A DNA stretch of 64,000 nt. Source: Bacteroidota bacterium. Lineage in GTDB: Bacteria > Bacteroidota > Ignavibacteria > UBA10030 > SZUA-254. The stretch lies in assembly GCA_035518715.1 (NCBI GenBank), contig DATIXJ010000015.1:65445-129444 (forward strand), in the 5' to 3' direction. Both the position numbers and the translations under genes were made by a program. The notes beneath the pieces were generated by a model that was given only the letters and a program-made list of their open reading frames with translations, was not told the origin of the DNA and made no database searches. How positions within the stretch are numbered: position 1 is the stretch's first letter; the number at the start of each line of letters is the position of its first letter. Of the stretch, positions 9,221-17,946 are shown piece by piece.

Positions 9221-11323
9221 ATGTCGTTGTGTTCAACTGCTGGTCGTGCCGCAATCCTGATGCTGATGGTGTTACTTGCCTTCTCCGGTTCGGCATTTGC
9301 ACAGGCCGTTTTTCCCCGTCTCCAAATCGATGAGATCGCGTTTCACGGAAACACATCGTTTGGTGAAGACGTTCTCAAATCGGTTATCTCCACTCGCGAA
9401 TCGCCAGGCGGGCTGACCAGGTTCTTCCATAGTATTTGGGGCAAACTCGGTGCCCCGCCCGAGTATTTCAATGAACCGCTCTTTGAGGAAGACAAGGGAA
9501 AAATCCACGACTTCTATGTCGACAACGGATTCTACGATGTCGATGTGGTCGGATCGACGAATATCGATACTGCCCACCAGTCCATCCGTCTTCTCTTTAC
9601 CATTGACGAGCATCAACAATCACTCGTCGATTCGATCAAATATATCGGTCTTGATTCCGTCTCGGCGGATGTGAAGCAGCAGATTTATAATGAGCCGATA
9701 CTGCAGAGGAACATGCCGTATCAAAAGGTACGGGTCTCGCAGGAAATTGCCCGCGTTCTCGATATCCTCAACAATTCGGGATATCCCTTCGCGAGGTACG
9801 ATGAGGATCACTCTTCGGCGAAACGATTCCTGTCGACGAATAAATTCTCGCTGAACTATGTTTTCGTCCCCGGCAAGCAGTACCGTTTCGGCGAGACGAC
9901 CGTGCGCATTGATCCTCCGCGTGAAGATATTACTCCCGACCTCGCAACACGCCAGCTCGACTTCAAGCCCGGTGATACGTACAGCCGCGAAAAGCGTCTC
10001 TCGAGCGAGCGCAACCTGAACCGGCTCGGTCTGTTTGAAACAGCTCGCATCGAACCGCATATCGCTCCGGACTCCGCAGTATCGACGCAGATCCCGATGG
10101 ATGTCGTCGTCCGCCCGCGACTCCGGAATGAAGTATCGCCGGAAGTCCTGGTGTCTGATGAGGGGGGGTTCTTCAATCTCGGTGCCGGGGTCGGCTACAC
10201 CAACCGGAATTTCCTCGGAGACGCCCGCACATTCACGGCGCAGACCCAAATCCGCACGGAGGATATTCTGGGCTGGGACTTCAAGAGCATTTTCGGCGGT
10301 CAGGGACTTCGCGATTCCACGGTGAAAGGAGCCATTGAGCTGCAGTTTACGATACTCCAGCCGTATCTGTTTACGCGAACCCTCAGCGGATCCTGGACGT
10401 CCAGCATCAGCACGGAAAAGCAACCGGAGTATAACCTTTCCATCATCCGGAACAAGATCGAGCTCACGAAGCAATTTGCGACGTACACGTACGGGTTTGC
10501 GGAATGGACACTGATCCGGGAAAACCCGGAGATTCTGCTCTCCACCGCGAAACCGGATTCCATCATCCAGCAGCTTCAGCAGGAAGATCAGCCCCAGTTT
10601 AACTCGATCCTCACGCTGACTCTCCAGCGCGATAAGACCAACGATATCTTCTCGCCGAGCAGCGGATTTTTTGAGAGCATCTCCGTCGAAGAATCGGGTG
10701 TCCTGCCGAAGCTGCTACCGGGCATCCGGTCTGGCCTTCCCTATACGCAATTCTATAAAGTGACCCTGCTCGGCAAACTCTTTCACGATCTTACCAGCAC
10801 GCGCTTCAATATCCTTGCGCTTAAACTGCGAACGGGATACCAGGACAAGTATGGCGAGAGCAAATACAGCAGTGTCAGTATCCCTCTTACCGAGAGATTT
10901 TTCGCGGGTGGAAGCAACAGTATCCGTGGATGGGGTGCGCGTGAACTTGGTGCCATGTCCCCCGAGCTGATACCGTTCGGCGGAAATTTCCTCCTTGAAG
11001 GAAGCATGGAAATGCGGGTCAATCATTTCCGGGGGTTCAATAAGCTCTGGTTCATCAAGCCGGAAAATATCTGGGGCGTGTACTTTCTCGATTTTGGGAA
11101 CGTCTGGAGTGATATTAAAGATGTGCATCCGCGTGAAGTGGCGGTTGCGGCAGGGCTTGGTTTTCGGTATGAAACGTTTTTCGGACCGTTTCGTATCGAC
11201 TATGGTTTCCGGCTTTACGACCCGGAAGCCAAGACATCGCAGCAGTCGGTTTTCCAGAAGCCGTTCTGGAGCGGCACCGTCGGTAACGGGGTCTTTCATT
11301 TCGGCATCGGGCATGCATTCTGA
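9221..11323 (+). CDS. BamA/TamA-family outer-membrane protein (POTRA repeats + Omp85 barrel)
   Basis: Signal peptide. POTRA-like IDEIAFHGNTSFGEDVLKSVISTRE. C-terminal Omp85 region ERFFAGGSNSIRGW...FHFGIGHAF ending in F. Confidence 0.85.
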   Translation: MSLCSTAGRAAILMLMVLLAFSGSAFAQAVFPRLQIDEIAFHGNTSFGEDVLKSVISTRESPGGLTRFFHSIWGKLGAPPEYFNEPLFEEDKGKIHDFYVDNGFYDVDVVGSTNIDTAHQSIRLLFTIDEHQQSLVDSIKYIGLDSVSADVKQQIYNEPILQRNMPYQKVRVSQEIARVLDILNNSGYPFARYDEDHSSAKRFLSTNKFSLNYVFVPGKQYRFGETTVRIDPPREDITPDLATRQLDFKPGDTYSREKRLSSERNLNRLGLFETARIEPHIAPDSAVSTQIPMDVVVRPRLRNEVSPEVLVSDEGGFFNLGAGVGYTNRNFLGDARTFTAQTQIRTEDILGWDFKSIFGGQGLRDSTVKGAIELQFTILQPYLFTRTLSGSWTSSISTEKQPEYNLSIIRNKIELTKQFATYTYGFAEWTLIRENPEILLSTAKPDSIIQQLQQEDQPQFNSILTLTLQRDKTNDIFSPSSGFFESISVEESGVLPKLLPGIRSGLPYTQFYKVTLLGKLFHDLTSTRFNILALKLRTGYQDKYGESKYSSVSIPLTERFFAGGSNSIRGWGARELGAMSPELIPFGGNFLLEGSMEMRVNHFRGFNKLWFIKPENIWGVYFLDFGNVWSDIKDVHPREVAVAAGLGFRYETFFGPFRIDYGFRLYDPEAKTSQQSVFQKPFWSGTVGNGVFHFGIGHAF

Positions 11324-11329
11324 TCTGGA

Positions 11330-12487
11330 ATGAGCTGGAATTCAATCGTCGGACAGGAGCGCGTCGCGAACGTACTTCGGGTCTCGCTCGAGCGCGGGCG
11401 TCTTGCACATGCCTATCTTTTCACGGGCGAGGAGGGTGTCGGCAAGGCCGCGCTTGCCATAGAACTTTCGAAGACGTTGAATTGTGAAAAAGGAGGAGAC
11501 GAAGCGTGCGGCGAGTGCCCGAGCTGCAGGAAATTTGCAGTGCTCCAGCACCCTAACCTGAAGCTGATCTTCCCGCTTCCCGTCGGCAAGAACGAAGCAC
11601 GCGGAGATTCGCCCCTTGCGAAGCTCTCCGACGATGAGGTAGCAATGGTTCGTGAGCAGCTTGCCCTCAAGGCGGCGAACCCGTACCATGCCATAACGAT
11701 TCCGCGGGCAAACGAAATCAAGGTGAACAGTATCCGGGAACTGCGCAGAGAAGCTGCTCTCTCGCCGTCCGATCGCGGCAAGAAGGTGTTTCTCATCATC
11801 GATGCGGAAACCATGAACGATGAATCTTCGAATGCTCTCCTGAAGACTCTCGAAGAACCGCACGAAACAACGATGATCATTCTGACGTCATCCCGTCCGG
11901 ATAATCTGTTGCCGACCATCCGGTCGCGCTGCCAGCATCTTCGATTCGATCCGCTGCGGGAAGAGGCCCTTGAACGGGCCCTTATCGAGCGGGAGAAACT
12001 GGACGCTACGCAGGCCCGCCTCGTTGCCCGATTAGCCAAGGGAAGTTACACGAAGGCCCTTGAATATACCCATGCATCGCTGGGTGATCAGCGGAAGGAA
12101 GCCGTGGAATATCTGCGCACCATGCTCTTCCGGTCGCGCCAGGATGTGCTCGGAGAGATCGATCGCGTGATGCGCGACCTTGAGAAGAACGAAATCGATG
12201 AGATGCTCCGGCTCCTCCAGTACTGGCTGAGGGACGCGATGACGGTGAGTGAAGGTCTGGGAGAACGGATGCTGCCCGGCGACCGGGACGCCATCGAAAA
12301 ATTCAACCATCGGTATCGAACGGCAGACTTTGATTCAGCGATTGCGGCGATCGACAAGGCAATTTCACTTCTCTACAAAAATGTGTATATTCCGCTTGTT
12401 CTGATGGATCTTGCCTTTGCACTGAAACGATCTCTCGATCCTGAGTCCGCCGGCGAGAAATCATTCCGACCAGATGATAAATCGTAG
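11330..12487 (+). CDS. holB: DNA polymerase III subunit delta-prime
   Basis: HAYLFTGEEGVGK (degenerate Walker A), a Cys cluster CEKGGDEACGECPSC, LLKTLEEP, and SRC (TIRSRCQ). Confidence 0.88.
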   Translation: MSWNSIVGQERVANVLRVSLERGRLAHAYLFTGEEGVGKAALAIELSKTLNCEKGGDEACGECPSCRKFAVLQHPNLKLIFPLPVGKNEARGDSPLAKLSDDEVAMVREQLALKAANPYHAITIPRANEIKVNSIRELRREAALSPSDRGKKVFLIIDAETMNDESSNALLKTLEEPHETTMIILTSSRPDNLLPTIRSRCQHLRFDPLREEALERALIEREKLDATQARLVARLAKGSYTKALEYTHASLGDQRKEAVEYLRTMLFRSRQDVLGEIDRVMRDLEKNEIDEMLRLLQYWLRDAMTVSEGLGERMLPGDRDAIEKFNHRYRTADFDSAIAAIDKAISLLYKNVYIPLVLMDLAFALKRSLDPESAGEKSFRPDDKS

Positions 12488-12508
12488 TTCCCCGAAGAAA
12501 GGATCTCT

Positions 12509-14602
12509 GTGAAGTCGAAGTTCAAACGCATACTTGTCACTGCTGCACTCCCGTATGCCAACGCGAGGATACACCTCGGCCATCTTGCGGGCGCATACCT
12601 GCCGGCCGACATCTATGTCCGTTTTCAGCGATCGATGAAACGCGATGTTGTGTTCATCTGCGGCTCGGATGAACATGGCGTGGCAATAACGATCAGCGCG
12701 GAACAGGAAGGCATAACGCCGCAGGCGGTCGTCGACCGGTACCATGCCCTGAACAAAGTTGCATTCGAGAAGTTTGGCATGAGCTTCGACAGTTATTCCC
12801 GGACGTCATCTCCGCTTCACCATGAGACCGCGACAGACTTCTTTCTCACGATTCATCGATCGGGAATTCTCAAAGAGAAGGAAGAAAAGCAGTTGTATGA
12901 CGAGAAGGCGGGGATGTTCCTTCCGGACCGCTATGTGGAGGGTACGTGTCCGGTTTGTGGGAATCCGGAAGCCCGCGGCGATCAGTGTGAAAAGTGCGGG
13001 ACGTTTCTCGATCCTCTCCAGCTGATCGATCCGCGGAGCAAGATTTCCGGCGGAACTCCAACGGTTCGCCCCACCAAGCACTTTTATTTTCCGCTCGGCC
13101 TCTTCCAGAAGAGATTGGAGGAATATGTCGCCGCTGCGGATACGCGCGATGGATGGAAACCGAACGTCCTCCAGTACTGCCGCGGCTGGTTCAAGGATGG
13201 ATTGCAGGACCGGGCTGTCACGCGCGACCTTTCGTGGGGTGTGAAGGTTCCGCTTCCGGGTATGGAAAAGAAAGTGATTTATGTCTGGTTCGATGCTGTG
13301 CTCGGATACATTTCCGCCTCAAAGGAATGGGCCACGAATACCGGTCGACCGGAAGAGTGGAAGAAGTATTGGCTCGATGCGTCCACGAAATATGTGGCGT
13401 TTATCGGAAAAGACAATGTCGTCTTTCACTGCATCGTCTTTCCCGCGATGCTCATGGCGTGGAATGATCAGTCGAAAGATGTCAAATACATTCTCCCGGA
13501 AAACGTTCCCGCGAACGAGTTCCTGAATTTTGAGGGACAGAAATTCTCGAAGAGCCGCGGATGGGGTATTGGTGTCGATGAATTCCTGTCGGAATTTTCG
13601 GCGGACTCTCTCCGGTATATGCTCACGATGAATCTCCCGGAATCGCGCGATGCGGATTTCACGTGGAAGGAATTCCAGGCTCGGCATAACAATGAGCTTG
13701 CAGATATTCTGGGAAATCTTGTCAATCGGACACTCACATTCGCACAACGCCAGTATCAGGGGTCGGTACCGCCAATCTCGGAGCTTCGTGCTCTTCGGAC
13801 CAAAGGGGAGGGGTCGACAGATGAAGAGCTTTCCCGGCGCATCGCCGATGCGGGAAAGACCGCAGCAGAGTTTTTTGAGCACTACAAATTTCGTGACGGC
13901 CTCGTGACGACGATCGATCTGGCTCGGTTTTGTAACAAGTACTTTAACGATAACGAGCCCTGGAAGACGTTCAAAGAGAACCCAAAGCGGTGTGCCCTTA
14001 CTATCAATGGGTGTCTGCAGGCAATACGCGCCCTTGCCATTCTTCTCGAACCCGTCCTCCCGTTTACGTCCGCGAAAATGTGGAAGATGCTGAACCTCTC
14101 CGGATCTCCGTCGGAAGCCGGTTGGGAACAGGCGGGAAAGAGCGGACTTGAAGACGGGCATCGGCTGGGAAGTCCCGAGATTCTCTTCACCAAGATCGAT
14201 GACTCGATCATCAAAAAGCATCTCGGGGAGATCCCGTCCCATCCGTCGGAAAAGGGGCCGGCTCCGCCGGTCAAAGAGAGCATCGGCATTGATGATTTCA
14301 AGCGCATCGATCTGCGTGTGGCGGAGGTTCTCGCCGCTGAAAGGGTCAAGAAATCCGATAAGCTCTTAAAACTGAGAATCTCCCTCGGATCGGAAGAGCG
14401 GCAGGTCGTTGCAGGAATTTCCCAACATTACAAGCCGGAGGATCTCGTAGGAAAGAAAATTGTGGTCGTTGCAAATCTTGCCCCGGCAAAGCTGATGGGG
14501 GAAGAATCCCAGGGAATGCTCTTAGCCGCATCGAATAATGATGAGGGACTCACAATTCTGACAATTGACAGGAATATCAGTCCCGGAAGTATTGTCAAAT
14601 AG
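12509..14602 (+). CDS. metG: methionine--tRNA ligase (with C-terminal tRNA-binding EMAP/Trbp111 domain)
   Basis: GTG start. HIGH-type motif ARIHLGH, zinc knuckle CPVCGNPEARGDQCEKCG, KMSKS-type KFSKSRG, and a C-terminal DLRVAEVL...KL OB-fold. Confidence 0.97.
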   Translation: MKSKFKRILVTAALPYANARIHLGHLAGAYLPADIYVRFQRSMKRDVVFICGSDEHGVAITISAEQEGITPQAVVDRYHALNKVAFEKFGMSFDSYSRTSSPLHHETATDFFLTIHRSGILKEKEEKQLYDEKAGMFLPDRYVEGTCPVCGNPEARGDQCEKCGTFLDPLQLIDPRSKISGGTPTVRPTKHFYFPLGLFQKRLEEYVAAADTRDGWKPNVLQYCRGWFKDGLQDRAVTRDLSWGVKVPLPGMEKKVIYVWFDAVLGYISASKEWATNTGRPEEWKKYWLDASTKYVAFIGKDNVVFHCIVFPAMLMAWNDQSKDVKYILPENVPANEFLNFEGQKFSKSRGWGIGVDEFLSEFSADSLRYMLTMNLPESRDADFTWKEFQARHNNELADILGNLVNRTLTFAQRQYQGSVPPISELRALRTKGEGSTDEELSRRIADAGKTAAEFFEHYKFRDGLVTTIDLARFCNKYFNDNEPWKTFKENPKRCALTINGCLQAIRALAILLEPVLPFTSAKMWKMLNLSGSPSEAGWEQAGKSGLEDGHRLGSPEILFTKIDDSIIKKHLGEIPSHPSEKGPAPPVKESIGIDDFKRIDLRVAEVLAAERVKKSDKLLKLRISLGSEERQVVAGISQHYKPEDLVGKKIVVVANLAPAKLMGEESQGMLLAASNNDEGLTILTIDRNISPGSIVK

Positions 14603-14643
14603 CCGATCCAGGTCACAAAGTGGTCAATTTCCCGAAATTTCTC

Positions 14644-14672
14644 TTGACATCTACCCCGAAATTTTGTATTGT
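14644..14672 (+). promoter_or_regulatory. sigma70-type promoter (TTGACA-N17-TATTGT) upstream of the protease gene
   Basis: TTGACA at 14644-14649 and TATTGT at 14667-14672. Flanked and overlapped by a 10-nt direct repeat CCCGAAATTT (14631-14640 and 14655-14664). Confidence 0.5.
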
Positions 14673-14797
14673 TGCAGTACTTATCTGATCCTGCCAAAGA
14701 CCCAACTGGCGGGGGCATGCGACGGTCGAAATAGAAAAACGCAGCAGCAGTTGCATTTACCTATTATCAAACCATCTCACACTTTTTTGAGGGAACT

Positions 14798-15937
14798 ATG
14801 AGACAATCGTCCTCACGTTTCTTGAGTGCCGGAATCGTTGTCTGTGTTCTTGCCATTGTCCTGATGGCATTGTATTTCTCCGGATGTACTCTACTCGATG
14901 ATCGGGCGTCGCTGCCGACTTCCGCGCCGCAGTCAGGTCAGGGATTGGCGAAACTGACGGCAGACGATCCCGCGGTACAGCAAGCAGTGAACGTACAGAA
15001 TCGGCATACCCCCGACTGGATGGTCGATCACAATGTTGTCGGGACTGCCGTCACAGAGGACGATGCAGGAAATATTGCCATCGTGCTCTATCTCGCGCAG
15101 AATGTAAAAAGTTATGGTAGCATTACGAATTCTCTCGCTCCCACGACGATTGATGGGGTGCCGGTGCTCAAGGAAGTTACCGGACCGTTCCGTGCCATGG
15201 CCGCATCGTCGCATCAGGTAAAGCAGGTCCCACCGGTTCAGCTCGGCACTTCAGGCGGCTGGAGATATGATCTTGCCAACGGCTATTGCTGCAGCGGAAC
15301 ACTGGGATCACTGATCAAGAAAGGTTCGACACAGTATGTCCTCAGCAATTATCACGTATTCTGGGGCGATATCGTTTCCGGCGGCAATAAGAGAGTTGCA
15401 ACTGCAGGTGATCCGGTCATTCAGCCGGGACTGGTTGATGCAAACTGCAATGCCAACAATACGCAAAATGTTGCAACACTTACCGGAACCGGAAGCTTAC
15501 CCGGTGCCAACGTTGATGCAGGATATGCGCAGGTCATTTCCGGGATGGTCAGTTCGACCGGCGCTATTCTGGAAGTTGGTACGATCTCAGCAACGACCCG
15601 CACCGCAGCACTCAACCTCGCGGTCAAGAAGAGCGGGCGCACGACGGGGTTGACCCGGAGCTCGATCAGCGGTTTGAATGCCACGATCAGCGTCCAGTAT
15701 GAAACTGAGTGTGGAGGTTCGGTTGCATTTACCAAAACCTTCACGGGACAGATTATTGTGAAGAATTCCGGGAGCAAATTCCTCAATAGCGGAGATTCCG
15801 GGTCCCTGATGGTCGAAGATTTGGCAACGAATCCGAAACCGATCGGATTGCTCTTTGCGGGGAGCAACACCCTCGCGGTCGCTAACCCGATTGGCGATGT
15901 TCTGAAATGGGCCGGCGCGACGATGGTTGGTAACTAG
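14798..15937 (+). CDS. lipoprotein, chymotrypsin-fold (S1-like) serine protease with N-terminal pro-domain-like module
   Basis: Lipobox LYFSGC. Putative triad elements LSNYHVF (His), NVDAGYA (Asp) and NSGDSGSLMV (GDSG Ser). Confidence 0.7.
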   Translation: MRQSSSRFLSAGIVVCVLAIVLMALYFSGCTLLDDRASLPTSAPQSGQGLAKLTADDPAVQQAVNVQNRHTPDWMVDHNVVGTAVTEDDAGNIAIVLYLAQNVKSYGSITNSLAPTTIDGVPVLKEVTGPFRAMAASSHQVKQVPPVQLGTSGGWRYDLANGYCCSGTLGSLIKKGSTQYVLSNYHVFWGDIVSGGNKRVATAGDPVIQPGLVDANCNANNTQNVATLTGTGSLPGANVDAGYAQVISGMVSSTGAILEVGTISATTRTAALNLAVKKSGRTTGLTRSSISGLNATISVQYETECGGSVAFTKTFTGQIIVKNSGSKFLNSGDSGSLMVEDLATNPKPIGLLFAGSNTLAVANPIGDVLKWAGATMVGN

Positions 15938-15958
15938 CACTCAACGAATTTTCATTCG

Positions 15959-15994
15959 AACCCGTCTCGCTCGTTGAGCGAGCCGGGTTTTTTA
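15959..15994 (+). terminator. rho-independent terminator
   Basis: A stem of about 12 bp with one internal mismatch: AACCCG-T-CTCGCT (15959-15971) pairs with AGCGAG-C-CGGGTT (15977-15989) around a 5-nt loop. It is followed by a T-run directly after the protease stop. Confidence 0.85.
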
Positions 15995-16010
15995 TTGACA
16001 GAAAGTAAAC

Positions 16011-16349
16011 ATGACGGCGTTTCTCAAGTCCGCATGGGTTGGAGCTCTGCTTGTGGTTGTCCTCATCGCGGCTTGCAGTCGCTCCGGCCGTGAACAGCAA
16101 GAGAAGGATATGAAGAAAACTGGCATTGATGTGGTAAAGGAAAAGCACGCGCCGGAACTTCTCTCTCTCCACGGTGTCGTCGGAGTGTATATTGGTCAGA
16201 CCGGTGCCGGCGACTCGTGCATTTATGTCATGGTTGTCAGGAGGGATACTGATCTGGTGAGGAAAATTCCCACAGCACTCGAAGGATACCCTGTGCTGAT
16301 CCAGGAAACAGGAGAGATCAGGCCGATGAACGAGAAAGGCGCCGGATAA
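16011..16349 (+). CDS. small lipoprotein, paralog of the N-terminal module of the upstream protease
   Basis: Lipobox LIAAC. Residues about 39-106 align by eye with protease residues about 62-133 (H.P...H.VVG...AG..I.V...PT..G.PVL.E.TG..R.M). Confidence 0.6.
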   Translation: MTAFLKSAWVGALLVVVLIAACSRSGREQQEKDMKKTGIDVVKEKHAPELLSLHGVVGVYIGQTGAGDSCIYVMVVRRDTDLVRKIPTALEGYPVLIQETGEIRPMNEKGAG

Positions 16350-16361
16350 CTATCCTCCCCG

Positions 16362-17285
16362 TCAGGGGACAAAGTGTGAACTCTGAACCCTGGCTGAATC
16401 GATAATCCGCGTGAAGATGGTGTCAAACCGGCTCGTTGCATCGGTGAGCACCCTTCCCGCTCCAGGGTCGGGAGTAAAGGAGTTGTCGAGCGCGTGGGTT
16501 CTCTGGTATCCCGCGCCATACCTCCACTCGGGATCGAACTCGATGTTTCGCTCGGGCTCGGCCGAAAGATTACGGGGCACATCAGTTGCGAGAAGAACGA
16601 TACCACCGAAGGTGTTCGGAGGTTCTGCGACGGGGAGGACCGTCACCTTCTTAAAAAGCTCCTGAAGCGTCCGGCCGAGTGACTGGACAATGCCGTCATG
16701 CCATCCGACCGACTCAACTGCAATCGCAAGAAGACCGCGAGTCCGAAGATGCTGTTCTGCCAGTTCGAAAAATTCCCTCGTCATCATTGCTGTCGGGAGC
16801 GCCGATGAAGCAACGCCGTCGACAAGTATGATGTCGTAGGTATTCGCGGTGTGTGACAGGAACTCTCGGCCCGATTCGCGGAAGAGTGACGATTCCGGAA
16901 GTGTTGTCCGGAATGCGGTGATCGCCGCATGAAGAATCGCCGAATCCGGTTCTGCCACATCGATATGCCATCCTGCATTGCCGTAATTTCGCACAATTGC
17001 TCCGCTGCCGATATTCGCCAACAACGCAACACCGTTTGTGTCGAAATACTGACGAGGAATATCCATTACCGGAATATATCTGCTTACGGAGGTCCGGTCC
17101 GTGGTATCAATGACGTCCTTCACAATGCCGTTCACACGCAGAACCTGGCCGCCGTCCATCATGAAGACTTCGATATGAGATGAAGACGTGTCTCTCCAGG
17201 CCATCGCTTCAAATGACGGTGATGAATGTCGGCACCCTGAGAGGATGAGGATGCTGAAGAGGAAATATGTGCATGTTCTGATCAT
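16362..17285 (-). CDS. spermidine-synthase-like (class I MTase fold) protein with lipoprotein signal
   Basis: IGSGAI glycine-rich loop, YDIILVDG, and FFELAEQHLRTRGLLAI resemble polyamine aminopropyltransferases. Start chosen at MIRTCTYFLFSILILSGC (lipobox) within ORF 16362..17372. Confidence 0.5.
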   Translation of the reverse strand: MIRTCTYFLFSILILSGCRHSSPSFEAMAWRDTSSSHIEVFMMDGGQVLRVNGIVKDVIDTTDRTSVSRYIPVMDIPRQYFDTNGVALLANIGSGAIVRNYGNAGWHIDVAEPDSAILHAAITAFRTTLPESSLFRESGREFLSHTANTYDIILVDGVASSALPTAMMTREFFELAEQHLRTRGLLAIAVESVGWHDGIVQSLGRTLQELFKKVTVLPVAEPPNTFGGIVLLATDVPRNLSAEPERNIEFDPEWRYGAGYQRTHALDNSFTPDPGAGRVLTDATSRFDTIFTRIIDSARVQSSHFVP

Positions 17286-17444
17286 TACACCTGTCGGCTC
17301 TTGTGAACTGATTATCCCTTGCGATTCAAATATACAATTTCGCTCCATAACATACCCGCCTTTTTCCTCCATTGCATTTCAGCGACCCCTTTTCTATCTT
17401 ACACCGTTCAAAATCAACACCTACGAATCTTATTGCACAGGAAT

Positions 17445-17942
17445 TTGCGCGCTACTCATTTGCCGGAGGTCATCGCTCTTTGCATCCTCATGCTCTCCGG
17501 CTGCGATGACGGGCTTGCCCCAAAAACGATTCTTGCTCCGCAGAGTATCTACGGTATTCGCGGAACTATTTATTTTAAGAACTGGCCTCCGTCCGACAGT
17601 ATCGTGGATTTGCGTCTCGCGGCATTGAAGAATCCGCCTTCATCCAACATTTTCAACGATGTAATACAGGGGCGTGTCAGATTTTCGGGCACGCTGACTC
17701 CTTACGGTGCCGATTCAATCTCCTATGAGCTCCTCCTTGCGCCGCTTTCATACGGCACTTTTTCTTATATCGGCGTTGCTCAGCAATTTGGACAGAATAT
17801 CCGGCAGGACTGGCGGGTCGTAGGCGTTTACTACGCTTTCGGCGATACGACGCAGCCGGGAACCGTGAATGTGCCCGCAGATTCCATCGTTGACGGCATA
17901 AATCTGACAGTCGATTTTCAACATCTTCCCCCGCAGCCGTAG
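17445..17942 (+). CDS. small lipoprotein of unknown function (precedes TonB-dependent receptor)
   Basis: In-frame TTG at 17445 gives MRATHLPEVIALCILMLSGC (signal + lipobox). The rest of ORF 17319..17942 upstream has no signal-like features. Confidence 0.5.
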   Translation: MRATHLPEVIALCILMLSGCDDGLAPKTILAPQSIYGIRGTIYFKNWPPSDSIVDLRLAALKNPPSSNIFNDVIQGRVRFSGTLTPYGADSISYELLLAPLSYGTFSYIGVAQQFGQNIRQDWRVVGVYYAFGDTTQPGTVNVPADSIVDGINLTVDFQHLPPQP

Positions 17943-17946
17943 GCAG

